Assembly: GCF_021869535.1 (NCBI RefSeq)
Contig: NW_026262637.1
Coordinates: forward strand, 6,324,001 to 6,388,000
From: Mytilus californianus
Taxonomy: Eukaryota
Direction: 5' to 3'
DNA: 64,000 nt
The notes under the pieces are model-generated. The model did not search any database. It saw only the letters and a list, made by a program, of their open reading frames with translations, and was not told the origin of the DNA. The translations under genes and the position numbers were made by a program. Position 1 is the first letter of the stretch, and every line of letters begins with the position of its first letter. Positions 37,813 to 51,000 of this stretch are shown here, piece after piece.

Positions 37813-38509
37813 TTGATGCATATATATATATATATAAATATATAGGTAGAGGTTTTAGCGCATGTAAAACTGATTTGACTCCACCATAGTTTGTGTCTGC
37901 ACCAATTCAGGCTATCTTGACCATGATCCGTTGACAAGTTTTCTTTTCATCTCAAACTGATGGTTTTTTTTTAAAGGAAATAATGGCACAGTTGAATAGG
38001 ACGAGCGATAACATACTTAATTAATGTTCGATTATTTTTGTGCAATGCATGCATCGTGAATCAAGTTGTCTTATTATGTTTGGAGATTGTTTAGAGATTG
38101 GCGAATTGATCTTAATGTCTGGATTTCTTGTAGAATTTTTTCCTTCTTCTCCCCTTTTTAATTTATTTCCTTTTGAAGTATTGAGTATCCTGTAAGTAAT
38201 CGGTAAAAGTAAAAATTCCTTTTCATTTTATGATTTGTTCAGAAGTTACTTATTGACATGAACTCAAACACTAAATTAGAACTGTTAAAACATTTTCCCA
38301 AGAGAAAAGATGTTAAAACAAACACTTGAAGTCCTTATTCTTATTCATGTGATCTCAATCTTAAATAATATTGATCAATTCAAAAATATACGTATACAAG
38401 AACTTATGTTCATGCAGTATAAACGAAATTCTGTAGAGTATCATTCTTATTACTTATAAGTGCTCGTATATTTGTTTTCTGTAAATGTTTTTTTTTTGTT
38501 TTTTTTTTA

Positions 38510-38830
38510 TAGTGATTAAGATTTTTACACATTGTTGACTGCTGTACCCCTATTTTTGACATTTTTTACCTATTATGTCCACACATTGTTATCAATATAA
38601 TGGAATTTTATGTGACTGTCATACAAGACAAGTGAGAGGTTAAGCTAGCTATAAAACCAGGTTAAACCCACCATTTTCAACATAAGAAAATGCCTGTACC
38701 AAGTCAGGATAACGACAGTTGTTGTCCATTCGTTTGATGTGTTTGAGCTTTTGATTTTGCCATTTAATTAGGGACTTTACGTTTTGAATTTTCTTTGGAG
38801 TTCGGTATCTTTGTTATTTTACTTGTCCCA
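38510..38830 (+). mobile_element. CCTGTACCAAGTCAGG-family repeat
   Basis: Matches 48460-48656. Confidence 0.75.
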
Positions 38831-39179
38831 TCTAATGTTTATGATGATCTGGACATTGGTCATCAGTTTTTAAAGATGTCAACAGTGAATTAGTTTATCA
38901 CGCATTTATTTTTTTTGCTTTTTCACTTTACACACCAGATCTCGAGACCGAGATAATTGTATAGAATAACACGTTCTAAATGATTGATTGAATCATTGGT
39001 TATTGCTGACAGTGTTTCAGTGCAAAATGCCTAGTGGTAAAAAACACACAAGCGACACTATAATAAAAGTTATACGTGGAAAGAAAAGTAATGACAGGAT
39101 AATTGTTCGATAACGCTCCTGGTGGTGTACTGCTAGTCAGTTCTCCAATATTGACTTGATTTTAAACATACCTTTCATT

Positions 39180-39535
39180 ACTCATAAGTCGAAAATAAAC
39201 TGACAATGCCAGGGCAATAAACGAAAACGACAAAAGACAAACAGTATACAAAACAAACATAGAAATGTGAAGACTGAGCAACACGAAGTCCACCAAAGCC
39301 CAGGGGTGATCTCAGGTGCTTCTGAGGGGTAGACAGATCCAGCTCCATATGTGGCACCTGACGTGTTGCTCATGTAAGTACAATCTCGGTAATAAGTTTA
39401 ATTCGGTAGGTCACATTTCAGGAAAAGAGGACCGGATTGTGCACGTGGTTACAACAATTGGAACACATCTGTCATCTATGAATCAGATATTCCATAACGT
39501 TCAATCAAATTGAACGGCGTCTGTAGAATTTACCA
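39180..39535 (-). mobile_element. Naiad-type 3' UTR fragment
   Basis: Reverse complement of 12730-12910 (GGTGCCACATGTGGAGCAGGATC..GCACCTGAGATCACCCC). Confidence 0.75.
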
Positions 39536-40505
39536 GGGATTTTTTTTATAATGTTTTCTTTGAAAGATTTAGAAATGATCATTAACTAAGGTTCAAACTG
39601 CATAAGGCAAGAACAAAATTGTTTCGGAGATCATCATTATACATGAACATGTAGCGTCTAAAGTATCTATGTGTAATTATATACCCTGGCTTTCAAATAA
39701 CTGTTTGTTTGAGTGTTTCTACTGAAGGTTCATGTAGACAAGCGCTTCTACAAATAGAGAGTCATTTTTATTTTAACGGAGGCGAATATGTTAAAAAGTG
39801 AACAGAAATATATATTTGAAACTTTTTAATACTAACCCCTGAAACTTTCGCTTCATTTGAGAACTATTTTTTAATTTATTTAATTTTACTAAGCCCTTTA
39901 TAATTATGTTAGACTGTTTTTTTCATTGTAATGTTGGACCATGCTAATTATAAGCATGTTTCTACCTGAATAACAACTAAAACATTCAGACCAAAGTGTA
40001 TCACTAGAATAATTATTTCGAGCCATCCTGCTCTTTACTTGTTTAGCTGGAACGACTTATATGAATGAGAAATTTGAAGTTATCTAGATTAACCGAAAGC
40101 TAACTAAGGAAATTGCAAAATAATAAACTGAATTACCAATTTTCTAAATAAGATACAGTACAGCAGTAAATCAAAATAAATTTTGAAAGACTTAAATGTT
40201 TTCTCCAGTTTACGCCAAATTGATTTTGTTTTAAAAAAATGCTCTGTCAAATTTATATAGCATATAAGTATATTTGTGTTAATTAATCAAATCATTATAT
40301 CTTAACTCCTGACAATTTCCAATGGCGAACATTGTCATACCATGCTGCTTAAAAGTGGGCTGTTGGTTTTACATGTCTTGATGGTGAGGTTAAACTAATG
40401 TTTTAAGGGTTAACCTAACATCAGCTTGGATCGTTCTATAGATATGTTCAAAATTACTTATATTTCAGCATATCGACATGTTTTATTCTTACCGAATCCC
40501 TTGAG

Positions 40506-41507
40506 ATGATGATTACAAAGATCGTTTTACTTGTTGCTGTATTAGTTTCTAATGGTATTATAGCTATCACGTGGTTATCACCGACCAATAGAAGTGCTAT
40601 AACGGTTCTGCTGTCCATGATTGCTTTATACGACACGTTGACAATGCTTTTCAGTACGTTATTGTCCATTGTTGGATATTTGTTTGTGGTTTTGTCCTAC
40701 AGCGACGATTGCTATTTAGCGTTTGTGACTTTTAACTTAGCGAGGGTATTTCACGTTATATTGTCATACTCCACGACGTTCATTGCGGTGCAGCGCTGGG
40801 TTATCTGTATCTCTCCGTTTGCTGGACCATGTTATTGCAGACTGAAGTCGACACTTTTATGCGGATTAGTGTCCATTATAGCAGTAGTCCTTGTATTTTT
40901 TCCACGCATTTTTATTTCGGGATTGGGTGAATTGAAAGCTTTGAAAAATAAAACATCATATTTGTGTGACACAGATTCTATTTTAAGTGATGATGCCTTT
41001 CTTGAATATCTGAACGTGGATAACATCCTTCGCTTTCTCACAATCTTCGCACAAAAAACAATAATCATAATTTGTATGATAATATGTGATGTTACTGTGA
41101 GTCGTAAGAAGATAGAAGCTGGTCGGTCCTCAGACCAAAAAAATAAAGTGAGAACCACCACAATGCTAATCCTTATCATGCTATCATATGTCATTGGAGA
41201 GTTTCCAGGTTCAATACTCTTCTTCTTTATTTCATTTTATCCAGATGTCCAAATATGACTGAAGACGGATATTGGCATTAAGTTCTGTAATATGTCTTTG
41301 ACTTTGAGTTATCTCCTCAATATTTGGGTGTACATCATAATGTCTAAGCTGTTCAGAGAAAGTCTCACAGAAATGATTTGTAGGGAAAAGAAACAACATA
41401 GGAAAGCACACGTTTACCGGGTAAAAACTCCGCCAGCTAAAAAGGAGAATTTGGAAGCTCGAAAGACTACTGATGAAGATGACAAAGATTACAAGCATAA
41501 GCAATAA
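40506..41507 (+). pseudogene. Rhodopsin-class peptide-receptor-like GPCR (sex-peptide/FMRFamide-receptor-like) with one in-frame TGA at 41256-41258; a nonsense allele or recent pseudogene
   Basis: Seven hydrophobic segments: TM1 N (VSNGII), TM2 IALYD, TM3 FH...AVQRW (DRY equivalent), TM6 RTTTML..GEFP, and after the stop an in-frame TM7 LSYLLNIWVYIIMSKLFR. The paralog has TGG at the stop position. Confidence 0.82.
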
Positions 41508-42377
41508 GGTATTGGAAAAAAATGCTGAACGAAGGAACCTTGAAGGATTTCAGCAATATAACTACACTATCTTAAATCCTGATATTTCGATCAATATGTT
41601 TATCAGAACCTTTTGTTTATGTTGTTTCGCTTATCGCTGTTTGAATATTTGGTAATATATATTTTTATTAAATTTCAATTAAGAAAAGTTCGCCAGACGC
41701 ATAACATTTATAAAGTTTTATTTTTGTTTTTCAATATTTTACTATATAGAACACCAAATACGAACTACATTTGTTTCTTTCCAATGTACTTTCCAAACAG
41801 TTTCAGACACTTCACTTTAGTTTAAATCTAAGAGGTAAAATTGATTGAAGCAATAATTATACATTAAGCAAAGAAACAAAGACATATACACCTACAATGC
41901 TTTGTTTTGAAAGAAAAAAAGAGAAAGCATTATCTGCAAAGGGAAATAGAGACAAAATATTGTTTCGGTAACACGAAAAAAAAGGGACATCAATACGCAA
42001 ATAAAAGAGAAAAAATATTCAGATGGTACCGTTTGTGTTAACAATAACCGTCTCTTGCAAGACAACCACCGAGTCGAGATAAATTTTGGTGAACGAGGAG
42101 GGAAAAAGGGGGCCTGCTGTCATACGGGAAAATTGTGAATATATATTTTTTTCATGTATAGTAGGACTGTCCAATATTTTACAGAATGGACTGTTATCGG
42201 CTTATATCCTTTACAGAATGTAACATGGAAATTCGGATTGGCCCTATCTACATGTAGCTTGGGATTTAATATGAATTGTGCCATTCGAAGAAAGTTGTAA
42301 TTCATTAATAATCGTTAATCTTCATTCTTTAAAGCTATCAAAAATCAATAAAACCTGATGTTTATAAAATATTTTCT

Positions 42378-42560
42378 TAGAAAAAGGAGAAGCGAAAGAT
42401 ACCAAGAGGACATTCAACGTATAAATCGAAAATAAACTGACAACGCCATGGCCAAAAAAGTCCAACAGACAAACAACAGTAAAGAGAACACAATATAAAA
42501 AAACTAAGGACTGAACAACACAAACTCCACAAAAACCCAGGGAAAGTCTTAGCTGTTTCT
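42378..42560 (-). mobile_element. Naiad-type 3' tail fragment
   Basis: AAAGATACCAAGAGGACATTCAA..ACTGACAACGCCATGGC, the reverse complement of the 9062-9181 type. Confidence 0.7.
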
Positions 42561-43399
42561 GAAGGATAATAAAATCCTAAAAGTGAAAATATGTCTATTT
42601 TTGAAAAATTTAAATATGCAAAACAATTACTAGACAGGTCAAAACGTATGCAAATACGATAACTTTGCCACATGGCTACATAAATACAGTTTACGGGATA
42701 TCAAATTTAACGAAGGAAAACGTTTCCATATTTATATTGATTATATAATGCACTTTAACGCATCCCATCATCCTTCCAAATGAGTTTTCAATTGTCATAC
42801 GATCGGCGACACTATTGAAAATAGTTAATAGGTCAAACTTCCAAATTGTAACATAATGCAGAGTTATAAAGTTTCCATGTACCTATGGGTAATTAATTGG
42901 AAGGAGAGCATCCAGTTGATAAACACCCAACATCCTTTGTAGTCGAAAATTGCGTGCTTTCTGTTCAGTATTGATACGGTGGTTGCACAAGTGCACCAGA
43001 ATTTTCTAACCTTGCAAAGCACATAATTTTTCCCGATGTTTTGTAATTTCATGTTGTTCAGGAATTAGTTTATAAATAGATTGTTTTGTGGAAAGTAATT
43101 TGTCCCTTTGTCTATTTTATTTTACATTGACCATGGTATATATTGTTTGTCTTTCATCAACTGCTGATTTTGTTGCCCTCTATAATTTTAAACTTTTTTG
43201 TGAAGATTCGGTCACCAGGATAAGTGACAATTTAATCTCGCAATCCTGTTGTCCTTGCTACATTTGCAGATACATGTCCTTTTATAAAATTTAGTGTTCG
43301 TCTCCAATCATTCTATCGTAATTGCAATTCTGAAACTTGTTATTCTTCTTCGTTTTATAATGTTGCCTTATAAATTGCTTGTTTTCATTTAAGCTGAAC

Positions 43400-43630
43400 A
43401 AAAGCAAAATGCGGAAGATATCAAAGGGACATTCAAAACTCACAATTTGCGAAGAAAAAACTAAAAACGCCATGGTGAAATACGAAAGATAACGAAAAGA
43501 CAAGCAAATACACAAAACACTTCATAAAATCTAAAGACTGAGTAACATGGACCCAACCAAAAATTCGAAGTGACCTGAGGTTTTCCTGAAGGGTTAGCAG
43601 TTCATAATCCACTAGTGTCGCCCGTAATAA
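43400..43630 (-). mobile_element. Naiad-type 3' tail fragment
   Basis: Same motifs as 42378-42560. Confidence 0.65.
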
Positions 43631-45027
43631 TGCTCATGGTAAGTAAACATTCGGTTATGTAATAATCGAATAAATGGAACCACATTTATTGCAAACAAAG
43701 TGTCTTTATGTAAATATCCGTCAACCTGCACGTTAATGAATAACAAAAAATACATAAACAAATAAATTAACGAAAACATTGGTACCATAACGAAACTGAA
43801 AGAGCCGAGAATATGAGACAGCAACCCAACGACAGAAATGACGAAAAGACATCAGGAAGGCAAAATGAATTGAGGACCTCAATGCTCTTCAATTTAGTAT
43901 TTTAATTGGCCGATTTTTTTTTTATTTGTATACGGAACGCGTGTCTGGCGTACCAAATTATAGGCCCAATATATTTGATGTTTTTGTGTTATTTACAGTG
44001 AACAACAGAAATTATTCATACAATATGTCGTGGTCTTTATCGTTCCGAGGTGAATTTTAAATATTTACTCTGTATAAGTATAGAATGACGATGTATATTG
44101 ATATATACGACTACGAATGCGTTGTATATTTTGTTTAAATAGCACAAGATTGGGCGCCTGCAAACATAGTTAACCTTGCGACATTCTCTATGTTCCTGTC
44201 CCTATCAGTATTGGTAACACATCTTCCTGTTTTGATATGTACAGCAACCCTTAAATTTGAATAACAACTACACACATAACAAAACAAAAACAAACAAACA
44301 CAAAAGACAAAGAAGTCAAAGAATTCCCCATATTGTTTTTATCAATAGACATGACAAAGTTTTTATACGAGAAGTCATGTTCTAAGTCATCCCGAGTCTA
44401 GACAAGTTTTTACTTCATTAAAACAGACACACTTTGAAGGATATTTTATCAGCAACAACTTCCTTTATAAAAAGCTATGCTATATTCAAGACAACAACGA
44501 ACTAGGAAACTCTCAAACTAAGGTTTCATACACCAATCCTCCTCCAGTTTATTCCCAATCAGTAAATTACAAAAGGTAGATATTAGAACTACATAGACCT
44601 CTAATGAAGGTGTTTACATCTTTGTCATTTGGTGTTTGGCGATAGTTGATTCATCGACAATTATACCACATCTACGTATTAATATCTCTAATATCGAATT
44701 TACAAAGAAAACATGTAAAAGTAAAAAGATACTAAAGAGGGGTAAAGAATGATTTCAATCACTGAAATCAAGCTCAAAGTGCTGCATCTGCTGATATGCA
44801 GTCTTAAGATCTAGTAGATAGACCAACACGTAACATGTGTCAAAAATAATATCTTCAAAACTGTCAAATAATTAACTAAACATTCCCGATGTGTTTGATT
44901 TTGCAATGTATATATTTGGATAAGAGCTGCAAATAGAAGACTATATTTTATTCTCATTTTATTCAACATGTATAGCAGTGTCCTTTCATGTTGTCTTCGT
45001 TCTTGTGTTTTCTCTTTAGTGGATCAT

Positions 45028-48000
45028 TTAAAAACCTGAAAAGGAAACAATTTAAAAATATCAAGCGAAAAGTTTTATTCATTTCAAATGTATTTCACGA
45101 AATAACGTTTAAAAAGAACATAATTAGCAAGTCAAAAGAAATGTGAATATGCAAAAAGTTAAAATACATACAGGAATTATGAAAAATAAATTTGACATAA
45201 TAAGAAGTGATTTCACTAGTAATCAAAAACATGGCTTGGCTTTCAACATGGTCTAATATGGGTAAATATCAATATTGTAGGCAAAGCTATAAGAGGTTTA
45301 TAAAGTAAGTATGGATTTTTTATATTTTACATAGAAAACTAGTGGTACTAAGTCACTATTCAATAGTTCTTTGTCAAAGGTTTTATCATTTACAAATTTA
45401 CGTCTGATGTAGAATTTTCGACCTTTTTTACTTTATGTGAATCAAGTATGCAATTAGTATTTGGATGGTTCGTGTTTAAAGCAAGACAACAAATGAAATA
45501 AATTATATAGGTTGAACATAAACAGCTTTTTATTCTTATGTTTCTTTTCTTTTGACCATAGTGTTGTTGAAGAATAAGTCATAGAAAAAAAGGATACACA
45601 ATTACCTTAGAAAAAATACAACCAGTATTTATCCATAGAAATACATTTAAAAGCAACGGCTTTCGTGGCCATACTTTTGGCATTGCACAAGGTCATGATT
45701 TCTCAAACTGTTTATGACGTTTTAACATGAACGTATTGATATTTTAGTCTTAGAAGCATATACTTATTAATTTTAATTAGTTTTTAATTAATTTCGAGTA
45801 CTTTGTGTCTTTAGTCATTTTGTTAGTTGTTTTTTTGGTTGATGTCTGTGATATTTGTTGATCGTTTATTGCTTTATAATAAATCAGATCGTTGGTTTTC
45901 TCATTTGAATTGTATATTTTGTCATGAATGGACCTTTTATAGTTTACTATATGGTATAGGTTTTGCTCATTGATGAAGGCACTAGTGTGACTTGTAGTGT
46001 CATATTACTCTGTCATTGGTCTCAAGTTGTTAGATGTCTCGTTGTTATTATTGCTATATCTTTTTATTTTAGATTTAAAGACAATACAATAAGTAGCTGA
46101 ATGAATTAAATGCAAGGAACTTTGTTAAATTAACGATTTTCTGAAATATAACGTTACACAATAAAAGGTGAATTAAATTCTTAAATTTGTATTTAACGTC
46201 CTTCCCCTAAGCTAACACCATTATGTATAAATATCATGAATGAGAAGTCTATACAAGAAATTGCGTCAAATTGATTGTTGAATACATTTAAAAGAAAGAA
46301 AAAGAAAACTTACAGAAATTGCTTTCACAGATGTAGTATGTCTTGTAATGACAATCGTTATCAAACCAATTTGTGTTATTGCCAGCAAACAACACGCAAT
46401 TTGTGTTAGTGCCTTTGGCACCGTAACCAGAATACCACGTTGTAAACGCAGCTTTCGATTGATCATACGTCCAGCGCCATGTACCTTCTTTAAGATCTAT
46501 CAGTCCAATCCAATAATGAGAGCCTGCAAGGTGAATTGAAGCATATTGTTTAATTTCTAAATGTTATGACTTAGTTCCAGTTGTATTATGAGAATTAAGA
46601 CGGTGGACAAAGTTGTTGCTAAGGACATATAGTACTCTCTACAAAAAGAATCGGTTATTTGTAATAGAAAAAGTTTTAAAACATTATAGGAAAATATACA
46701 CAATACTAGAGAAACCTGACATGTCAGCAAAGGCCCCACTTGCACATTTTTATGAGAGGCAAAGAGACTAAAGCAAACAAAGCAAAGGTTGTCAATTTTC
46801 ATTTTGACACCAGAAAATTCTGGACGACAATTAATGTGTTCTCAATGAATATATGCTTGGCTTTGAAATGTATTTTGGTGGGCATTTTTGTAAATGGTTT
46901 TAAACCAATAATTTTGACAAAGAAAATCATCTTGTAAAAGCAAATGATACATTTTACATTTAAATCCTAGCAAGAAATACGATTATCAGAATAAGAAAAC
47001 TAAATTTTGGTTTGTAAAGCATTTTATGCCTTTGTTATATATCAATTTTTTGTGACATTCTACTACATGAAAATGCCTCTTAAATTTTGTGAATTTTAAC
47101 GAAAAATAGGAGCAAAATTTCATCAAAATATAATATGCACATCTACACATTATGCACATCAACTGTGCAAAATTTCACTGGCCTCTTATGTAAGCTTTTG
47201 GAGCTTTTGCGCTTACAAAAGACATTTCTCCAAATTTGTGATTTCCGAAATCAACAAGCCAAATTTCACCAAAAAGTAAGTTGAGTTTCTATATAGTATG
47301 TACAACAACTGTACACATTTTCATTGGCCTCCTACCTAAACTGTTGGAACATTTGCGCTTACAAAAGACATTTGTGATTTTGTAACAAAAACTAACATTA
47401 TTCCAAAATCAATTAGCCGAATTTCACAAAATAAAAAAACAACATGCACATCTATATATTATGAACAACAACTGTACAAAATTTCAATGGCCTCCTACCT
47501 ATACTTTTGAAGTGTTTGCGCTCACATCAACTGTTGATCGGACAAAGTGAAAATATAGAGCTCCCACATCCTAGATGCGGGCTCTACAAATACAAAAACG
47601 GGAATAAATAATAATAATTTATATTTCTTTTTCTATAAATCGAGGGGGGAATTATTGCACCAAGAAACAATTTTTTTATACATTGCTTATTAAAGAGTTT
47701 TCATAGCATAACATTCAGGTACTAAACGCGGAATGTCTGCTCTAAATGTAAACATATAAAGTTATCTTTACAGTTTTCAAATTTAAATTACAATTATAGG
47801 TACATAATAAGTGAAAATTGGATATCGCTTGATATCAACTAGTGTTATTTTATTTCAGTATAGTAATAAACAAGCCTTATATTGTTTTTGGTTGAAAATT
47901 AATGATGTGTAATATTGTCTTATTTTTTATATTTGAACTCCATTAAAGAATTTGGACTTTGTCAATTCGATTATTTTTATTGTATATTGGAATACCGAAC

Positions 48001-51000
48001 TTTGAGATAGATTCCCATCAATTAAATCAAATCAAATATCTTATATATTGGTACCATAATGTCTAAACGGATGTTACAAATTCGTGCTACAATAACAGCC
48101 TACCACAAATACAAAAGCTAGTTTCCCTAGCTTTAATATCATCCCCAAAGACGGGATCCCACTCAAAGCCATTTTGGCAATGTCTATCAAATTCTTTATT
48201 GATAAATGTATAGCATGGGGAAATTTTGAATTAATTATTTCCGTGTCCCTGCAATATGAATTAAGATGTCTTTAACTAATGTTTAGTTAAAACATAATTC
48301 ATTATTTAAAAAGATCATACATTTCACAATTGATAAAATTGCTTCTGTGACTTATTTGAAAACATGGATCCTCTAATCTGCAATTTATATCGTATCGTTT
48401 TGGAGTGAAGATGTGACAATAAACGTCAAAGGTAAATTGCAGGACATTAACAGTTGGTAGATTAGGTTTAGCTAGCTATAAAACCAGGTTTAATCCACCA
48501 TTTTATACATAAGAAAATGCCTGTACCAAGTCAGGAATATGATAGTTGTTGTTCATTCGTTTGATGTGTTTGAGCTTTTGATTTTCCCATTTGATATTGG
48601 ACTTTCCGTTTTGAATTTTCTTCGGAGTTCAGTATTTTTGTGATTTTACTTTTTAATATTGTAGGCAAATTTTGGAGCGTCTTTTTACCACAGAACACCA
48701 CAGAATATCACAGAACACCACAGAACACTCAAAATATACAACAGAACTACACACATTACAATAAAACTACTGAAATATACCACAGAACATTAAAATTACT
48801 TTATAAAATGCAAATCTAATAATTCAGAATTACATTATTTCTTAAATTCGGGTTACACCAATGACATGACGATTGACTGGATGAGATAAAAATGATCATA
48901 TAACTTTTTTGTTATTTGGCAATTTTTTTTACATTTGGAGACCTTTGAAACACTAAACAAATGCATTGTAATAATGAAATTCTAAAATAAACATTTAAAA
49001 AAATGGTTTTGAGCAAAAAAATTTTACCGCACGATCAATATGATCCAATAAACGCTTTGAATATATTGAACTGATCGATAAAAAGTGTTAAAATCTCTTT
49101 TGTTTTACAATATTCTTTCGTGAAATTAAGAAATCTGCGAGTTTATTAAATATGTTGTTTAACAATAAAAACTTTGTATAAATAAAACATGTTTTTTTTA
49201 CAAAAAAAGTTGATCTGACGGATTTGACCAGCGAGTATTACGATACGAAAAATATTGATCTGATCGATAGAAAGTGCTAATATTCTAATATCGCTTTTTC
49301 TTTTAACATTTTTTCATTAGATTAAGAAATCTGCGAGATTAATGAATATTTTATATGAAGATATAACCTTTGTAGTAAAAAAAATGTTGTTCTGTGGTAT
49401 TCTGTGGTGTTCTGTGGTAAAAAGACGCTCCCGGCAAATTTCGACATACTTGTACTCGTTACGTTCTGAAGAATAAAGCCTTACAACCCAAATTTCTTCT
49501 AGTTTCTAAAGATCGTACTAACAAATTTGTTATTTTCCGACGATGTGAATGTATTTACCAGATTTAACTTTGTCATACACGTTTTACATTATTTTAACTT
49601 AACCCATTTCTCTGACGTCAGTCTATTGTTCTTACAATAGATTATTTTTCAAGAATCCACTGACCACTTCGTTAACTTAAGATAACTTATTTTGTAACTT
49701 TAAACTTTTAACTTACGATTTTTTATCCTCTCAAAAACGAGTGGCATATGAAGGGTTCGAACTCGCGCGTATTTTCTTCATAATCAGTAGAGTCTTCAGT
49801 CTATGCATGATACCACTATACTACGATTGCTGACATAAATCAATATTTAAATAACACTCATAAAGAGCACAACTGTCAATACATGTCAATAAACTGTATG
49901 TCTGTCTCAGAGATAATTCGCTTTTGTTATCTAATAAAATATATATACTATGTCTGGATTTGTTCATGTTCTTTTCAAATTTATTTCAATTGTTTTATTT
50001 TGGGCGTTATTTTTTAAGGAAGATTATGTTCTACATTTGAACGTTCTTGATTATAGTTATATAGCAGTATGGAAATATCTTAAAACAGAGTTTATTCACG
50101 ATGTCAGGTTTGAACATTGGTCGATTTTCAACATCGTTATAATGAACCGATGGGTCTTTGTACGATTGTGGCTATTACACACTAGTTCTAAACACTAGAG
50201 AATCAAGGAATTGTATATATAAGTGCAATTCTTTGATAAAATAAACATTCATATGCCCATTACACTTGTCACTTTTAACGTACAAGGACTTTTCCTTTTT
50301 ATCATAGCAAATACTTACTTATGGTTTTAGTCTTATAATGATATCGTACTATCAATATTTTGTTCTTTGTTTGATTATAAATGGTCCAAATATACATCAC
50401 GTCAACATTGAACGGACTCTAATTTGAATAAAGTGTGATATATAAGCTACGACCGTAAAACTACTTCTTTGATTGTAAAACCAGAAACAAAATCATCGCC
50501 TTTAAATGAAAATGAAGTATATAATACCTCTAAGATTAAAACAATATTTTTGTTGAGAAAAAAATTACAATGAAAAAATTTCAATTCGGGTACAAGGTTT
50601 GAACTTGGCACTGTTAATGTCACAGTTATGTTTTTCAGTACCAACGACTAGACGATCACGGCTATGAACAGCTTGAATGTAAAAGTAAAAAAATTACATA
50701 ATTATACATTGAACATCTGTAGCAAGAGCAATTCTGCTTGAGATTCAGAATGCGTACCACAGATAATACTAGTTTATTGACTGGTTTACGATGGATGCCA
50801 AATGTAATAACGTTAAAAATAATCTAAACTTAATGAAAGGGAAACAGTTTAAACAAAATTCATGTATAATTGTTCAAAAAAAGACCTTAAGCAATTATTT
50901 TATTTATTTCGGAAAACATCATTAACTGGAGCATCATGACATTGTAGTATTATGGCAACTACGCTAAATATATGTATTTGACTTAATTTAGTACGGTTAA

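Noticed and set aside
41256-41258. Selenocysteine recoding of the GPCR TGA
   Set aside because: The paralog has TGG (Trp) at this site and I see no convincing SECIS downstream; a nonsense mutation is simpler.
49741-50670. Functional tRNA genes
   Set aside because: Only A/B-box-like remnants are present; the acceptor and anticodon stems do not pair.
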